Assembly (NCBI GenBank): GCA_036172245.1
Contig: JAYWIR010000029.1
Span: forward strand, 124,001 to 188,000
Origin: Raillietiella orientalis
Lineage: Eukaryota
Length of the DNA stretch: 64,000 nucleotides
Direction: 5' to 3'
This document shows, piece after piece, positions 12,675-24,259 of this stretch. The notes beneath the pieces are model-generated. The model saw nothing but the letters and a program-made list of their open reading frames with translations, ran no database searches and had not been told where the DNA came from. A program made the position numbers and the translations under genes. Each line of letters opens with the position of its first letter. Position 1 is the first letter of the stretch.

Positions 12675-14867
12675 GAAGAACGGGGGACCTTCGTCTCCCG
12701 CCCGCTCCCCCGGCGCGACCGTCGTCCCTTTTTCTTTTCGTCGTCGTTGTTGCTGTTGCTGTTTGTTGCGGTCTTTTTCAGCACCGTTTCTCCTCGCTCT
12801 TCGTCGTTCCCTTCCGCCTCCACCACGGCCGTCGCGCAACCATCCTCCCGCGGAGGCGCACCGTCCTCCGGAGCGTCCGCGAAAACGCGATCGGGAAGCA
12901 CGCAGAGACGAGGAAACGAAGCTCCGGACAGGAAGAAGAAGAAGAAGAAGAAGAAGAAGAAGAAGAAGGCAGCGGCACGCACGAACTGCAACGCGGGAGA
13001 CGGCGTCGTTCGGGCGTGAATCCGCTGGCGGCGAAGGGAGCGCTGCCGCCGCGTCCGCAACCAACACATCGGTCGATCGATGATGGGACGGACGATCGAC
13101 TGCAGCGGCCCCCGCTCCATTCTCTCCTCGGCCCGAATCTGGCCGCTCGCGAGCCCGGGCGGCGGCCCCTAGCGCGGGCCGACCCCAGGTTCGCCTTCTA
13201 CGAGACCCCGCGTCGAGCGGAGCACAAGCGCGACCGTTCGCACGCCAGGTGGACACGTTCCGCTGCCGTTGGCAAGCAGCGAGCGCGCGGGCACGGCCGT
13301 CTCCATCAGGCGGTCGTGCCTGCGCGCTCGCTGCTCCGGGCGCAGCCGAGCATCCTTCTTCCTCCCGCCCGCATCCGTTCCGAGGCCAGCGGAGCGGCGG
13401 CCACGGGACGGCGGCGCGGATCGGCCAGAGGCTGGCGGTCGGGGCGATCGGCTCTGCCGCCGCCTTTCCCGAGCCAGCCCACCGCAGCAGATGGGTGCGG
13501 TTTCGGCGCAGCCGGGACTCGGCGCGCTGCTCCGAAGACGTCTCTTGGAGCGGAGCGGAGAAGGGTCAGGGGAAGGGTAGGTTTCATGGTTTTCGGCGGC
13601 GCGTGACCCAGTCATCCGTGCCGTTCGCTCGTTGGTCGTCGGTCACACGACGAGAGCGAGTTCGGTTGTCGCGCGGCAGCCACCTGCGCGTCGGAAGCGC
13701 CGCCGCTTTCCGCTGGCGACAGCGTGCTGCGGCCTGCCATCTGCCGCCGCGTCCTCGGAGAGGCACGCGCGCGTTCTCTCTCTCCGGTCGGATGCGTTCT
13801 GGCAAGCCGCTCGGACGCCTTTTGCCTCCCCTCCCTCTTCCTCCGTTCGACGGAGGACCCTGTCGCGCCTCCTCGCTCCCTTTGGCTCGCTTGCGTGACG
13901 CTCGCGCGGCGCGGGTACGACGCGAGTTTGCCGGAAGCTCGGCCGCGGGCCAAAAAGTCGAGGAGAGGAGCCGACGACGACGGATGCTGCCATCTGGTCT
14001 TCGGCACGCGTGCGTGCGTTCGCTTCCTGGGCGACGACCGGGGCGGCTGTTTGCGGAGTCGGCACGACAACTTGTGTGAGCTGGAAGCCGCAGCAGGGTG
14101 CTGCGCGCAAGGGGATGCCGCGTTGTCCGGAGTCCGGTGCGGGCCACGGACGAGTCAGGGAGCGATGGGGACGAATGGAGCAGCCGAGGCGCGACGTGCG
14201 TGCGCCTCCGGGGGCCTCGCTGCGCTCCTGCTGCTTGTCCGTCGACGCGTGCACTCCCGGTCGAGCATGTGCCAGTCGAGCTTCCGCCGGGGGGCCGCTG
14301 CCACTCCGCAAGGCGGACGACGACGGACGCAGCCGGGATCGCGGATCGGATTGACGCTGACGGAGGGATTCGGACGAGAATTCGGAACCGGACGAGCGGC
14401 GCGAGGGGGGGACGCCTTCTTGCGGCAAACCGGCCGCGCATCGTCTGCGGTGCAGTGCGCAGGAAGAGGAGCAGGTGGAGGAGGCTCCAAAGTCCGTATC
14501 CGTTCCGTCGCTTCCCTTCTCGGTACAGCTCGTTCGGTGCGGAGCCGGCCGGGTCGTCGGTGCTCCGCGGGACGTGCGGAAGCGGGAAAAATCCTCTGGA
14601 TCGTCTGCGCGGCGCCTTCGCGCTTGCAGCTGGCGTTGCTCGGGATCGCGGCGGCGGCTGGGTGACGCCGAGAAAGGGAAGCAGAAGAACGCGCTTGGAG
14701 GTGGGAGGGGAAACACTGCTGCTCCGCGATTGCGGAGCATTTCTCGACCAGCCGTGTGCAGGCGCGATGTGGGAGCCTCCCTTCCGGACGGGAGATCGCG
14801 AAGGATGCAGCAACGTGCGGCGCCTGAGCTCCGAACTGGATCCGGAGAGCTGCACTCCCTAGGAAGA
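12675..14867. mobile_element. Non-autonomous GC-rich 2.2 kb element, copy 1 (in P4HA intron 1)
   Basis: Near-identical reverse complement of 22049-24259. Sharp rise in GC and CpG against the flanks. GAAGA at both ends. Internal (GAA)n tract at ~12932-12968. Confidence 0.85.
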
Positions 14868-15516
14868 TTCCTAGAGTCTCATAGAGAAGTCCTGACTGGA
14901 GGTGACTCAAGAAAGGATCCTCAGTTACAAGTGGATAACCGAGAGATGAGAGGAGGTGTGGGTGGATGGCAGCAGAAACGAATGCTGGGGATAGAAATTT
15001 CTTCCTTCCTGCCTCTCGCTGGAGATGCATCTGAGTGGATTCAGAGATCATGCGCATATGTGGGATTACGCCTGGATGATATCTGGAAGATGCCGGCTGG
15101 AGTCACGAAGGGAAGGGAGGAATTCCCATGATTGGATGAATGGAAGAGCATTGCGTTTCTCTGGGAGGCTTTGTGGTCTGCTTGGATCGAAAAACAGGAT
15201 CTCGAAGTGGATTTTGCCTCTTCGTGCGATTTGGACGGATGGGAGGACAGGATTCCTCCCTTTAGTGCCGCCTCGTAAGAGCGTTCTTAAAATGCTCTCA
15301 TCACGAGTGCAGATGCCAGCCTGCTCTGAAGCACTTGAAGGCGCATTGGACTTTTCCACAGGAAGAACGACTCCAAGAGGCTGGACGAAAAGGAAAAGCT
15401 CTGATTCTTATCAGACCGAGGGCACCCAAGTGCGGTGGGAAGTTGGAAGTGTCCGTGTATTTCCGTCACTTGTGAGGAACGTGCACTGAATTCTGAGATG
15501 CGGTACAGACACAGAG

Positions 15517-15524
<8 letters not shown>

Positions 15525-15558
<34 letters not shown>
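15525..15558. repeat. (AG)n microsatellite
   Basis: Read directly; one interruption. Confidence 0.95.
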
Positions 15559-16504
15559 CGAACGCTGTGATCAAAATCACTTTTTCTTTTGCATTTCGAG
15601 GGCTTTGATCCCCTCCCCCCTTTTTTTGCCTTTTTTCGGAATAGGATCGTTGGTATCGAATACGACGAGTCTCTTGGTTAAGTGAAAAAGAACCTCCTGC
15701 AGGCTCCGAGTGACTTCTGCACGGCATGCCCTGGGCAAACTGAGTGAAGGTCAAAAAAAAAAAAAAACTTCTCTTCCGTTCGTCTGAAAATTTCTTCGAA
15801 TGCATCATCCAGCTTCTCTATCCTTCTTTAGCGATTTGTCATGCAAAGCTCCTATTCCACTCTTCGATTCCCTAAAGGGATCGATCGATTACAAATTCTC
15901 TGTGCGGAAAAATGAGATCTCTTTCTTGCGAATTCGATGAACCCACGGTCACTGATAAAGCACACGAGAGACCGTTGCTCTGGCGACCTTGTTCATCTCC
16001 GCTCGCAGGACGTGTTGAGAGCGTGCATTCCCCCGCATGCTGCGTGCCTCTCTGTAACTCGAGAGCGGCGCAGATGTCGACAGCACCTTTCTGGGACGAT
16101 AACGGTCCGTCTCGGAGGAAGCACTTTTTTGTTCGTTGTGTTAAGCGAAGAAGCACCCGCAAGCCAACGAGGTAGGAAACGCATCAGCAATATACCTGAG
16201 TTACGCCATCTGTGGTTGCCTTCACAACAGCATATTGCAGCAAATGCATGAAGGAATGGCGTTATTGATATCTGGCGTGCGTTTCCTCCAAAGCAATGCG
16301 GGAAACATGACCGGCTGACTACTCGTTCCGTACGCGCGGGGAATGTAAGCGCGACCCACGCGTAGTGCCTGCGAACCCTGAATCACAGGAGGATCTTGCA
16401 GCTGCGGGAGAGGGAAATGCCTACTGTGGATACCGTGTCTCAGGAGGACACGAACACGCAAAAATGCATGCCCAGGTGAAAAATGATTCCCTTCAAGTTT
16501 TTAC

Positions 16505-16764
16505 CTTCGTATGACTCCCATTTCCTGAGCGATCAAACTGCCATTGCCAGGCAACATGTCGGAGTGCTCGTTAATGAAATCCTGCAGAGCTGCTGCTATG
16601 TTCTGCTGCAGGTTGTACAGCTGTTCCAGTTCTTCCATAGAGGAGAAAAGCTCAGAGTCCCTGCTTTCATTTATGGAGATGGTTCCTCGGATCGCCCACA
16701 GGAGCAGCCACACCAGCCTGAAGAGCCCTGTTCGGGAATTCCCCCACTCCTCACAAAACCACAT
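16505..16764 (-). CDS. P4HA: Prolyl 4-hydroxylase alpha subunit, coding exon 1 (signal peptide and N-terminal domain)
   Basis: ATG at 16764. Translation MWFCEEWGNSRTGLFRLVWLLLWAIRGT...ELFSSMEELEQLYNLQQNIAAALQDFI has a hydrophobic signal-like stretch followed by the P4HA N-terminal 'FxSxxxxxxL' pattern. GTAA donor at 16504 is phase 2 and matches exon 2. Confidence 0.85.
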
Positions 16765-18459
16765 GGGTCAATCCGGCAAACGAATGTTCACGCCGATGCA
16801 CTGATCTTGGCTTCACTTTGGGCAACTTTAAGCGGAGATGAGATGGCACACAGAAGACCGGAACTTTATCACCTTAATGCACCATAGAGAAACTCGAAAA
16901 CGGTGGTTCCCTTTTCTGTTTTTTTTTTTTTCTTTTTCGCTTCGAGAGATGTCCGCGCCTTCAGTCTTTCTTCGTATCTGCTTCGAGTTGACCCGTGAGC
17001 CTGTTCAGGTTATTGTTCGGATGCCAAGCTGGACCCGCTTTCCGCATCTGAAGCAGCAGCCGCTCGCGTTCGGAGGGGACGGAACGGAATTTACCCACTG
17101 GCTGGTCGCTCCTTAGGGCTGAAGGAAATTCAACCTGAACTTTTTCGTGCAGTTTTCTTCCCTTAGGAAGGAAGAGAAAGATGTGACAGAAAGATGCGCT
17201 CGAGATTCATTCCTACCCTGGAAGGTGTTTCGAGGAGTCTTCATTGCTTTTTAGAGGGGAGTAAAACTTCAGTTGCTTTCAGACGAGGGAGGGAAAAAAA
17301 AATCCATTCTATTCCAGTTCTCCACACTTTTCGGGAAGCTGGAAAGGGTTGGATCCGAATTCCTAGATGCGATATGGGAATCTATACATGGTGTTTCGAT
17401 TCACTGTTCTTTCATGGCTGCACAAGTGTAGGTCTTTTGATGTGGCTTTTCTCAACCACTGTTGCATATTTTATTATTGCTCCTGGGCTAGACCTCAACT
17501 TGTCACCGATTCTCAGACATCTGTTTGCATCCATCTTTCTGAAGACGCAAATTCTGTCTGCTTTTCTATTTTTTCGCTAGGGACCCTTCCGAACGCTGCA
17601 GAAATTTCCGAGCGCCACCGTGCGTGTGAGGACCAGCTCCGGAAAAGGGCCGCTCGACCCCAGAGTGCTTTCCCGTCGTGACAGGCTTGCAGTGGGCTGA
17701 CCAGCCAGGATGGCGTGTTTGAGCACTCTAGGCAAAATGCGCAAACGGGTGGTCTCTTCACGCTCCATCGTTTCGCCTTTTTGCTCAACGCCTCTCCGAC
17801 TCGATGGACACTTTCGAGAAACTCATGAGCTGCTGCCGGAGGAGGAAGGAGCTTCATGCTTTTCCTTAAGGGTTTGCCGTGTTCGTGCTGCCTCAGTGTT
17901 TCCCCGTTGAGAAGTTTCCTCAACTTTCCCATGGCAGATCAACTTTTGGATTCATAGACTGAAGGAATGAGAAATATGAGAGTGTTGTCAATCACTTTCG
18001 TCCAACCAGGGGACGTACTTTGTACAACCATATGGTTTGTGATGGCATCAAGTAAATCTTCCTGCTTGAAGAGTTCGGATTCATGAAGTCAGGGATTTCA
18101 GGGGTTCGTTGTTGTTGCTGGATTCTGTGGATCGTGGACCACGAAACTCATGAACTGGGATGTACGTGGGAAAGCCAGTGAGAGACAAATGCACTCAGAG
18201 TTGACAAAGGTTGACAAAGGAGTGTTCTCAACAGCTATATTGAGTTATTTCGAAACATAGTAGCATCCATTATTTCATATTTTCTCAAGGGAGTCCATGA
18301 GAAGTCAGAGTATTAGAGGATCAGTTCTTCAGAAGTCAGGGATCTTCAAGCACCTTAATGTTGTCTGATATTGCAAATGAAATCCTTGATAATATAGAAA
18401 GTATCTGTGTTGCTCCTACACACGATATGTTCACGTTCCTTCCTTTTAAATGCCATCGG

Positions 18460-19760
18460 TTCATCACCTGGTCACTCTGGGGAGTTTATTATAAAAATGG
18501 CAAACATACAAATAGTAGTGGTAGGACTGTCGGTCCTACCACGCTCAATGAACACGGAACCTACCGTGATGCCGGCACCCAGACCGGCGGGTTCCGCTTC
18601 CGCAACAGAGGGGAAGGGAATAAACTAAAGGAAAATAAAATAGAAATAAATAAATGAATCGAATACTTTCAGGGGTTCTCGAAAAGGGATCATTGTCCAT
18701 TGAGGGGTCTCCTCGGCATCCTTTCCAGGATGCACGCAAGTTCCTTCCAAATGATTCCCAGGTGGGGCCATATCGTGATGACCTTCAGGAAGAGTTTTGT
18801 CTAGTGGATGGTAACTCTTCCGTTCTGGTCACTCCTTGCAGTGCTCCAGGCTGCTACTTGCCGGAGAAGACAGTAAAAAAACTGCTCAGACGCTGCTGGT
18901 AGCAAAATGCAACACGCATGAAGATGAGTTTCCCTACGTCCCTGGAACTGTCCACTGGGATCCGTAGGGCCGTCGCGAAACGTCCCCAAAGGGGCAGTTT
19001 ACGAGCAAGTGCAAAAGGGTTTCGCTTTTCCTGCATCTGTTAGCTCGGATCCGCACTCCCTCTGGTCCAATTGTGCAGACATGCTTTGCATGGGAGACCC
19101 CAGTGCCGGAGGAACCGGCAACGCCGACTCCTGCCGCATCAAGGAGAGTGTGGAGGTGTCCATCAGTACCGTGAGCAATTAGAGTACGTTGTGGGGATGT
19201 CCAGATGCTCTGCCCAGTGGAGGCACTCTGGGTCGCTGCGTACGTGAGTTCCCAGCAACGGGAAAGCACTCAGGGGTGGAATGTTGCAGGTAACATTCCA
19301 CCTTGCCGTTGTGTCACTGCCAAGGACTTCCCTTAAAGAGGGAAAAGGAGGTTGATGAAGCCCAACTGGTATTCGATGCACTGTTGAGAATCTCTTGCAA
19401 CGAATGACGAGTGTTCCTGCCGTATTGCAGACAGGCGAAGTGTTACGCGCTCTTGTTGAACAGAACATGAGAACTGTTCCCTGAACCCAGGCACCATAGT
19501 TCTCGGGAAAGCAGGAGATCCAGATTCTCTTTCACCAAGGCAACCATCTCCCGAAGCTGATACTCGCCATTTGGCCAAGCTTCGGCGGCTGCCGACGAGG
19601 AAGGATGTCGGTCCTCCGCAGCCGACTGCTCTCTCGGCAAGATGTGTTGCGACGCCTTAAGACTTCTCCCTAATGCAGCAGTCGTTCGAGCGTCAGGAGG
19701 CCAACACCAGCATCCCGACTCTGCTAAGTGCCATCGGTTAAACAACCCGTAATACGAATT
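18460..19760 (-). mobile_element. 3' fragment of the same L1/Tx1-like LINE family
   Basis: C-terminal motif RCRKSETLLHLLVNC. T-rich 3'UTR. Terminal AATAAACTCCCCAGAGTGACCAGGTG. Confidence 0.7.
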
Positions 19761-20833
19761 TCAGCTTCCCCTCTGAACATAGTTGCAGTTTTGATCAAGC
19801 GTCCCCGTATTGAAGTTTATATAAAGTTTACATTGACACCCACTCCGCTGGCTGTTTGAGTCAGCACTTCACCAAATCCATCCAGCAGTGAGCAAACAAA
19901 GTAGGCGTTCCATTTGTTTCTTTCAGTCCTTCTTGTCTTCTTTTTCACCAAGTATTGGAAGTCCCAATTGCATTGCTGGCGATAGCTGGCTACATATATG
20001 CATGCAGAGTGACTGCCTTGCGTGACTTTTTTATAGTTTCGAATGTCTTTTCATTCTGCTCTTGACTGAATTTTCGAATCGGATCATCATTTTTATCAAT
20101 GGTCACTGTACAGTTGTAGCCTGCGCTTTTAAAGACTTTTAGAAACATTTAAGTACAGTCTCAACAGCTTGAATACACTTTAAAGGAGATCGGACCATCT
20201 TTAGCTCTAGGGCGAGGCAGCTAGTAAAACTGCCTTTAAATTCCCACCATTGTGCTCGACGAGCACACATATGGAGAGAGATACCATGGATCTTCTAAAG
20301 TGAACAATCCAACAGTTAGCTGCCTCCAACTATCCAGATCTGATTGCCTCCGTGCTCTTCCGGGAAACTGCATAAGTGGTGTGGAAAAAAATCATCGTAA
20401 ACTCATCCTTGCCACCGAAGTCAATCTAGGAGGGCACACCCCCCGTCACACCACTGGAAGTTTTGCACGGAGATGCAAAGGTAATCCATTGATCTTAAAA
20501 AAGAAAGGCATAACCTCGGATGCGTGACCATTGGCATTATCAAAATAGCGAACCAACGGTAACCATAGGAGGAGAGACTTTCCGTAGCAGAATCAGGTGG
20601 AAGTTTATCTACAGCGCTCCCAACATCCAACGAAACGAGGCATGGAAATCCTTAATCGATAAGAACCCACCATGTAATGCGTGGGATTGCACCAGACCTC
20701 CATCCATTTCCTCACCAAAAAGCAAATGCCTATGCCACGTTATATCTACTGCAAATTCATGTGTGCCTGAGGTTTTTCATCTCCTGTATACTTTCAATAC
20801 CAACAGTAAACAAATGAGAGATCGATCTTGCCG

Positions 20834-21369
20834 TCGGTGCCTGAATGGTATGTAACGCTGCCTCACGTCTCAAGTCGTTCTGAGAAATCCTTTCAGCTCG
20901 ACACCAGGAAGGAGACGGTGATCGACTGCATCAAGGAGATACAGACGATGGGAATTCCTGGACAACAACCAAGGGAATCCCACGCGAGATCCTCTTTGCG
21001 AGATGACACCGTCCTGAGGAAACTGGAACGGCGTCATGGTACACGCTGCTGCGCATCGGAAAGCGCACCGGCAGCGTGCCAGAAGACACGCGAAGGAAAA
21101 AAGGGAAAATACGCTTCCAGAGCGCTTCCTGGCTTTCACTCGCGGGAACCCGAGCGTCAGTTCTCGTGATTGCCCGTGGGAATCCCAGGCTGGCAAGAAC
21201 GGCGATGCTGTCAACGCTGAAGGAGGTGGAAGTTCCCAGGAACGAACCAGCTCAGCAGGCCGACGCTGTGTCGATGATCTCATGGTGAACGATGAGCCAG
21301 AACGTCAATTGGGTTTCGAACGACCGGACGCAGACGCACACTGCCGGATCTCCAGAAGAACGGGAGACC
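20834..21369 (+). repeat. ~540 bp dispersed direct repeat, copy 1 (probable decayed LINE ORF1 remnant)
   Basis: Highly similar to 46204-46762. The translation includes IPGQQPR followed by Cys/His remnants, resembling the Tx1-type ORF1 YPGQP/zinc-knuckle region. Confidence 0.7.
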
Positions 21370-22048
21370 AACCTTCAGAGCCAAGCAACACTAAATAAAG
21401 AAAGACCCTGTGTCTAGAGGATGGCTGAGGTTTGGAACTGAGTTCTGCTGCATTCGAAGACATTGCTTTGCTTTGCAACAGGACACGTACTCACTCAAAT
21501 CTCTGATTGCAAAATCAGCAATTCCCGTAGTGCGCCTCTGTGATCATAGCATGGGAGTTTTCCTCCTTCTCTTCTCCACAAATATCTGAGGAATGTTGAG
21601 GTCACGGTTCCCATCATTGCTCCAACATGCCTCTGGAAGTCTCGCAGTTTGCGTCTTTCACCTATTACATTCTCACGCACTGCTCAATCATTCCCGTGTT
21701 TCGATTCTGAATGATTCGACTTTCCTTCAGACATCGCCTTGCCTTCTACTGAGCTCTTTCTTTCCGGTTTGGTTCTTCCCAGCATGACGTTGTTTCTAAT
21801 GATTCGCCCCCAAAACAAAAAGAGAGGGCTGCCGACCCCACTTCCGTGTTGGCACCAACCAGTAGTAATGATCCGCGAATTGACAGTGGCGACATTATTC
21901 GTGTTGGAAGGTGTGTCTGCAGCTCCCTCTAGACGCTTTGATATCTGCTGTTCGCAATCACGATTAAACCTTGAAGCATCCCATGAGCGATTTGTGTTCC
22001 CCTCGCATAAAAGACCCGAAAACTCTGATGGTATCTATAAACATTGGC

Positions 22049-24259
22049 TCTTCCTAGGGAGTGCAGCTCTCCGGATCCAGTTCGGAGCTCAGGCGCCGCA
22101 CGTTGCTGCATCCTTCGCGATCTCCCGTCCGGAAGGGAGGCTCCCACATCGCGCCTGCACACGGCTGGTCGAGAAATGCTCCGCAATCGCGGAGCAGCAG
22201 TGTTTCCCCTCCCACCTCCAAGCGCGTTCTTCTGCTTCCCTTTCTCGGCGTCACCCAGCCGCCGCCGCGATCCCGAGCAACGCCAGCTGCAAGCGCGAAG
22301 GCGCCGCGCAGACGATCCAGAGGATTTTTCCCGCTTCCGCACGTCCCGCGGAGCACCGACGACCCGGCCGGCTCCGCACCGAACGAGCTGTACCGAGAAG
22401 GGAAGCGACGGAACGGATACGGACTTTGGAGCCTCCTCCACCTGCTCCTCTTCCTGCGCACTGCACCGCAGACGATGCGCGGCCGGTTTGCCGCAAGAAG
22501 GCGTCCCCCCCTCGCGCCGCTCGTCCGGTTCCGAATTCTCGTCCGAATCCCTCCGTCAGCGTCAATCCGATCCGCGATCCCGGCTGCGTCCGTCGTCGTC
22601 CGCCTTGCGGAGTGGCAGCGGCCCCCCGGCGGAAGCTCGACTGGCACATGCTCGACCGGGAGTGCACGCGTCGACGGACAAGCAGCAGGAGCGCAGCGAG
22701 GCCCCCGGAGGCGCACGCACGTCGCGCCTCGGCTGCTCCATTCGTCCCCATCGCTCCCTGACTCGTCCGTGGCCCGCACCGGACTCCGGACAACGCGGCA
22801 TCCCCTTGCGCGCAGCACCCTGCTGCGGCTTCCAGCTCACACAAGTTGTCGTGCCGACTCCGCAAACAGCCGCCCCGGTCGTCGCCCAGGAAGCGAACGC
22901 ACGCACGCGTGCCGAAGACCAGATGGCAGCATCCGTCGTCGTCGGCTCCTCTCCTCGACTTTTTGGCCCGCGGCCGAGCTTCCGGCAAACTCGCGTCGTA
23001 CCCGCGCCGCGCGAGCGTCACGCAAGCGAGCCAAAGGGAGCGAGGAGGCGCGACAGGGTCCTCCGTCGAACGGAGGAAGAGGGAGGGGAGGCAAAAGGCG
23101 TCCGAGCGGCTTGCCAGAACGCATCCGACCGGAGAGAGAGAACGCGCGCGTGCCTCTCCGAGGACGCGGCGGCAGATGGCAGGCCGCAGCACGCTGTCGC
23201 CAGCGGAAAGCGGCGGCGCTTCCGACGCGCAGGTGGCTGCCGCGCGACAACCGAACTCGCTCTCGTCGTGTGACCGACGACCAACGAGCGAACGGCACGG
23301 ATGACTGGGTCACGCGCCGCCGAAAACCATGAAACCTACCCTTCCCCTGACCCTTCTCCGCTCCGCTCCAAGAGACGTCTTCGGAGCAGCGCGCCGAGTC
23401 CCGGCTGCGCCGAAACCGCACCCATCTGCTGCGGTGGGCTGGCTCGGGAAAGGCGGCGGCAGAGCCGATCGCCCCGACCGCCAGCCTCTGGCCGATCCGC
23501 GCCGCCGTCCCGTGGCCGCCGCTCCGCTGGCCTCGGAACGGATGCGGGCGGGAGGAAGAAGGATGCTCGGCTGCGCCCGGAGCAGCGAGCGCGCAGGCAC
23601 GACCGCCTGATGGAGACGGCCGTGCCCGCGCGCTCGCTGCTTGCCAACGGCAGCGGAACGTGTCCACCTGGCGTGCGAACGGTCGCGCTTGTGCTCCGCT
23701 CGACGCGGGGTCTCGTAGAAGGCGAACCTGGGGTCGGCCCGCGCTAGGGGCCGCCGCCCGGGCTCGCGAGCGGCCAGATTCGGGCCGAGGAGAGAATGGA
23801 GCGGGGGCCGCTGCAGTCGATCGTCCGTCCCATCATCGATCGACCGATGTGTTGGTTGCGGACGCGGCGGCAGCGCTCCCTTCGCCGCCAGCGGATTCAC
23901 GCCCGAACGACGCCGTCTCCCGCGTTGCAGTTCGTGCGTGCCGCTGCCTTCTTCTTCTTCTTCTTCTTCTTCTTCTTCTTCCTGTCAGGAGCTTCGTTTC
24001 CTCGTCTCTGCGTGCTTCCCGATCGCGTTTTTGCGGACGCTCCGGAGGACGGTGCGCCTCCGCGGGAGGACGGTGCGCCTCCGCGGGAGGATGGTTGCGC
24101 GACGGCCGTGGTGGAGGCGGAAGGGAACGACGAAGAGCGAGGAGAAACGGTGCTGAAAAAGACCGCAACAAACAGCAACAGCAACAACGACGACGAAAAG
24201 AAAAAGGGACGACGGTCGCGCCGGGGGAGCGGGCGGGAGACGAAGGTCCCCCGTTCTTC
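22049..24259. mobile_element. Non-autonomous GC-rich 2.2 kb element, copy 2 (inverted, upstream of P4HA)
   Basis: The ORF set mirrors copy 1. Differences I could see: two substitutions, one fewer GAA unit and a 21 bp tandem duplication near 24047-24090. TCTTC at both ends. Confidence 0.85.

Noticed and set aside
14829..14862. Helitron-like 3' end (hairpin followed by CTAG)
   Set aside because: Not accepted as a canonical Helitron: there is no 5' TC start or A|T insertion site, and both copies continue into GAAGA.
12675..14867. rRNA gene or solo LTR interpretation of the GC-rich element
   Set aside because: No conserved 18S/5.8S/28S sequence was recognised and there are no TG..CA termini. 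An rDNA spacer origin cannot be fully excluded without a search.
12612..15131. Long overlapping ORFs (up to 423 aa) in all six frames, mirrored at 21739-24563
   Set aside because: Arg/Ala/Pro-rich with no domain motif and open on both strands. This is expected from the scarcity of stop codons in very GC-rich DNA.
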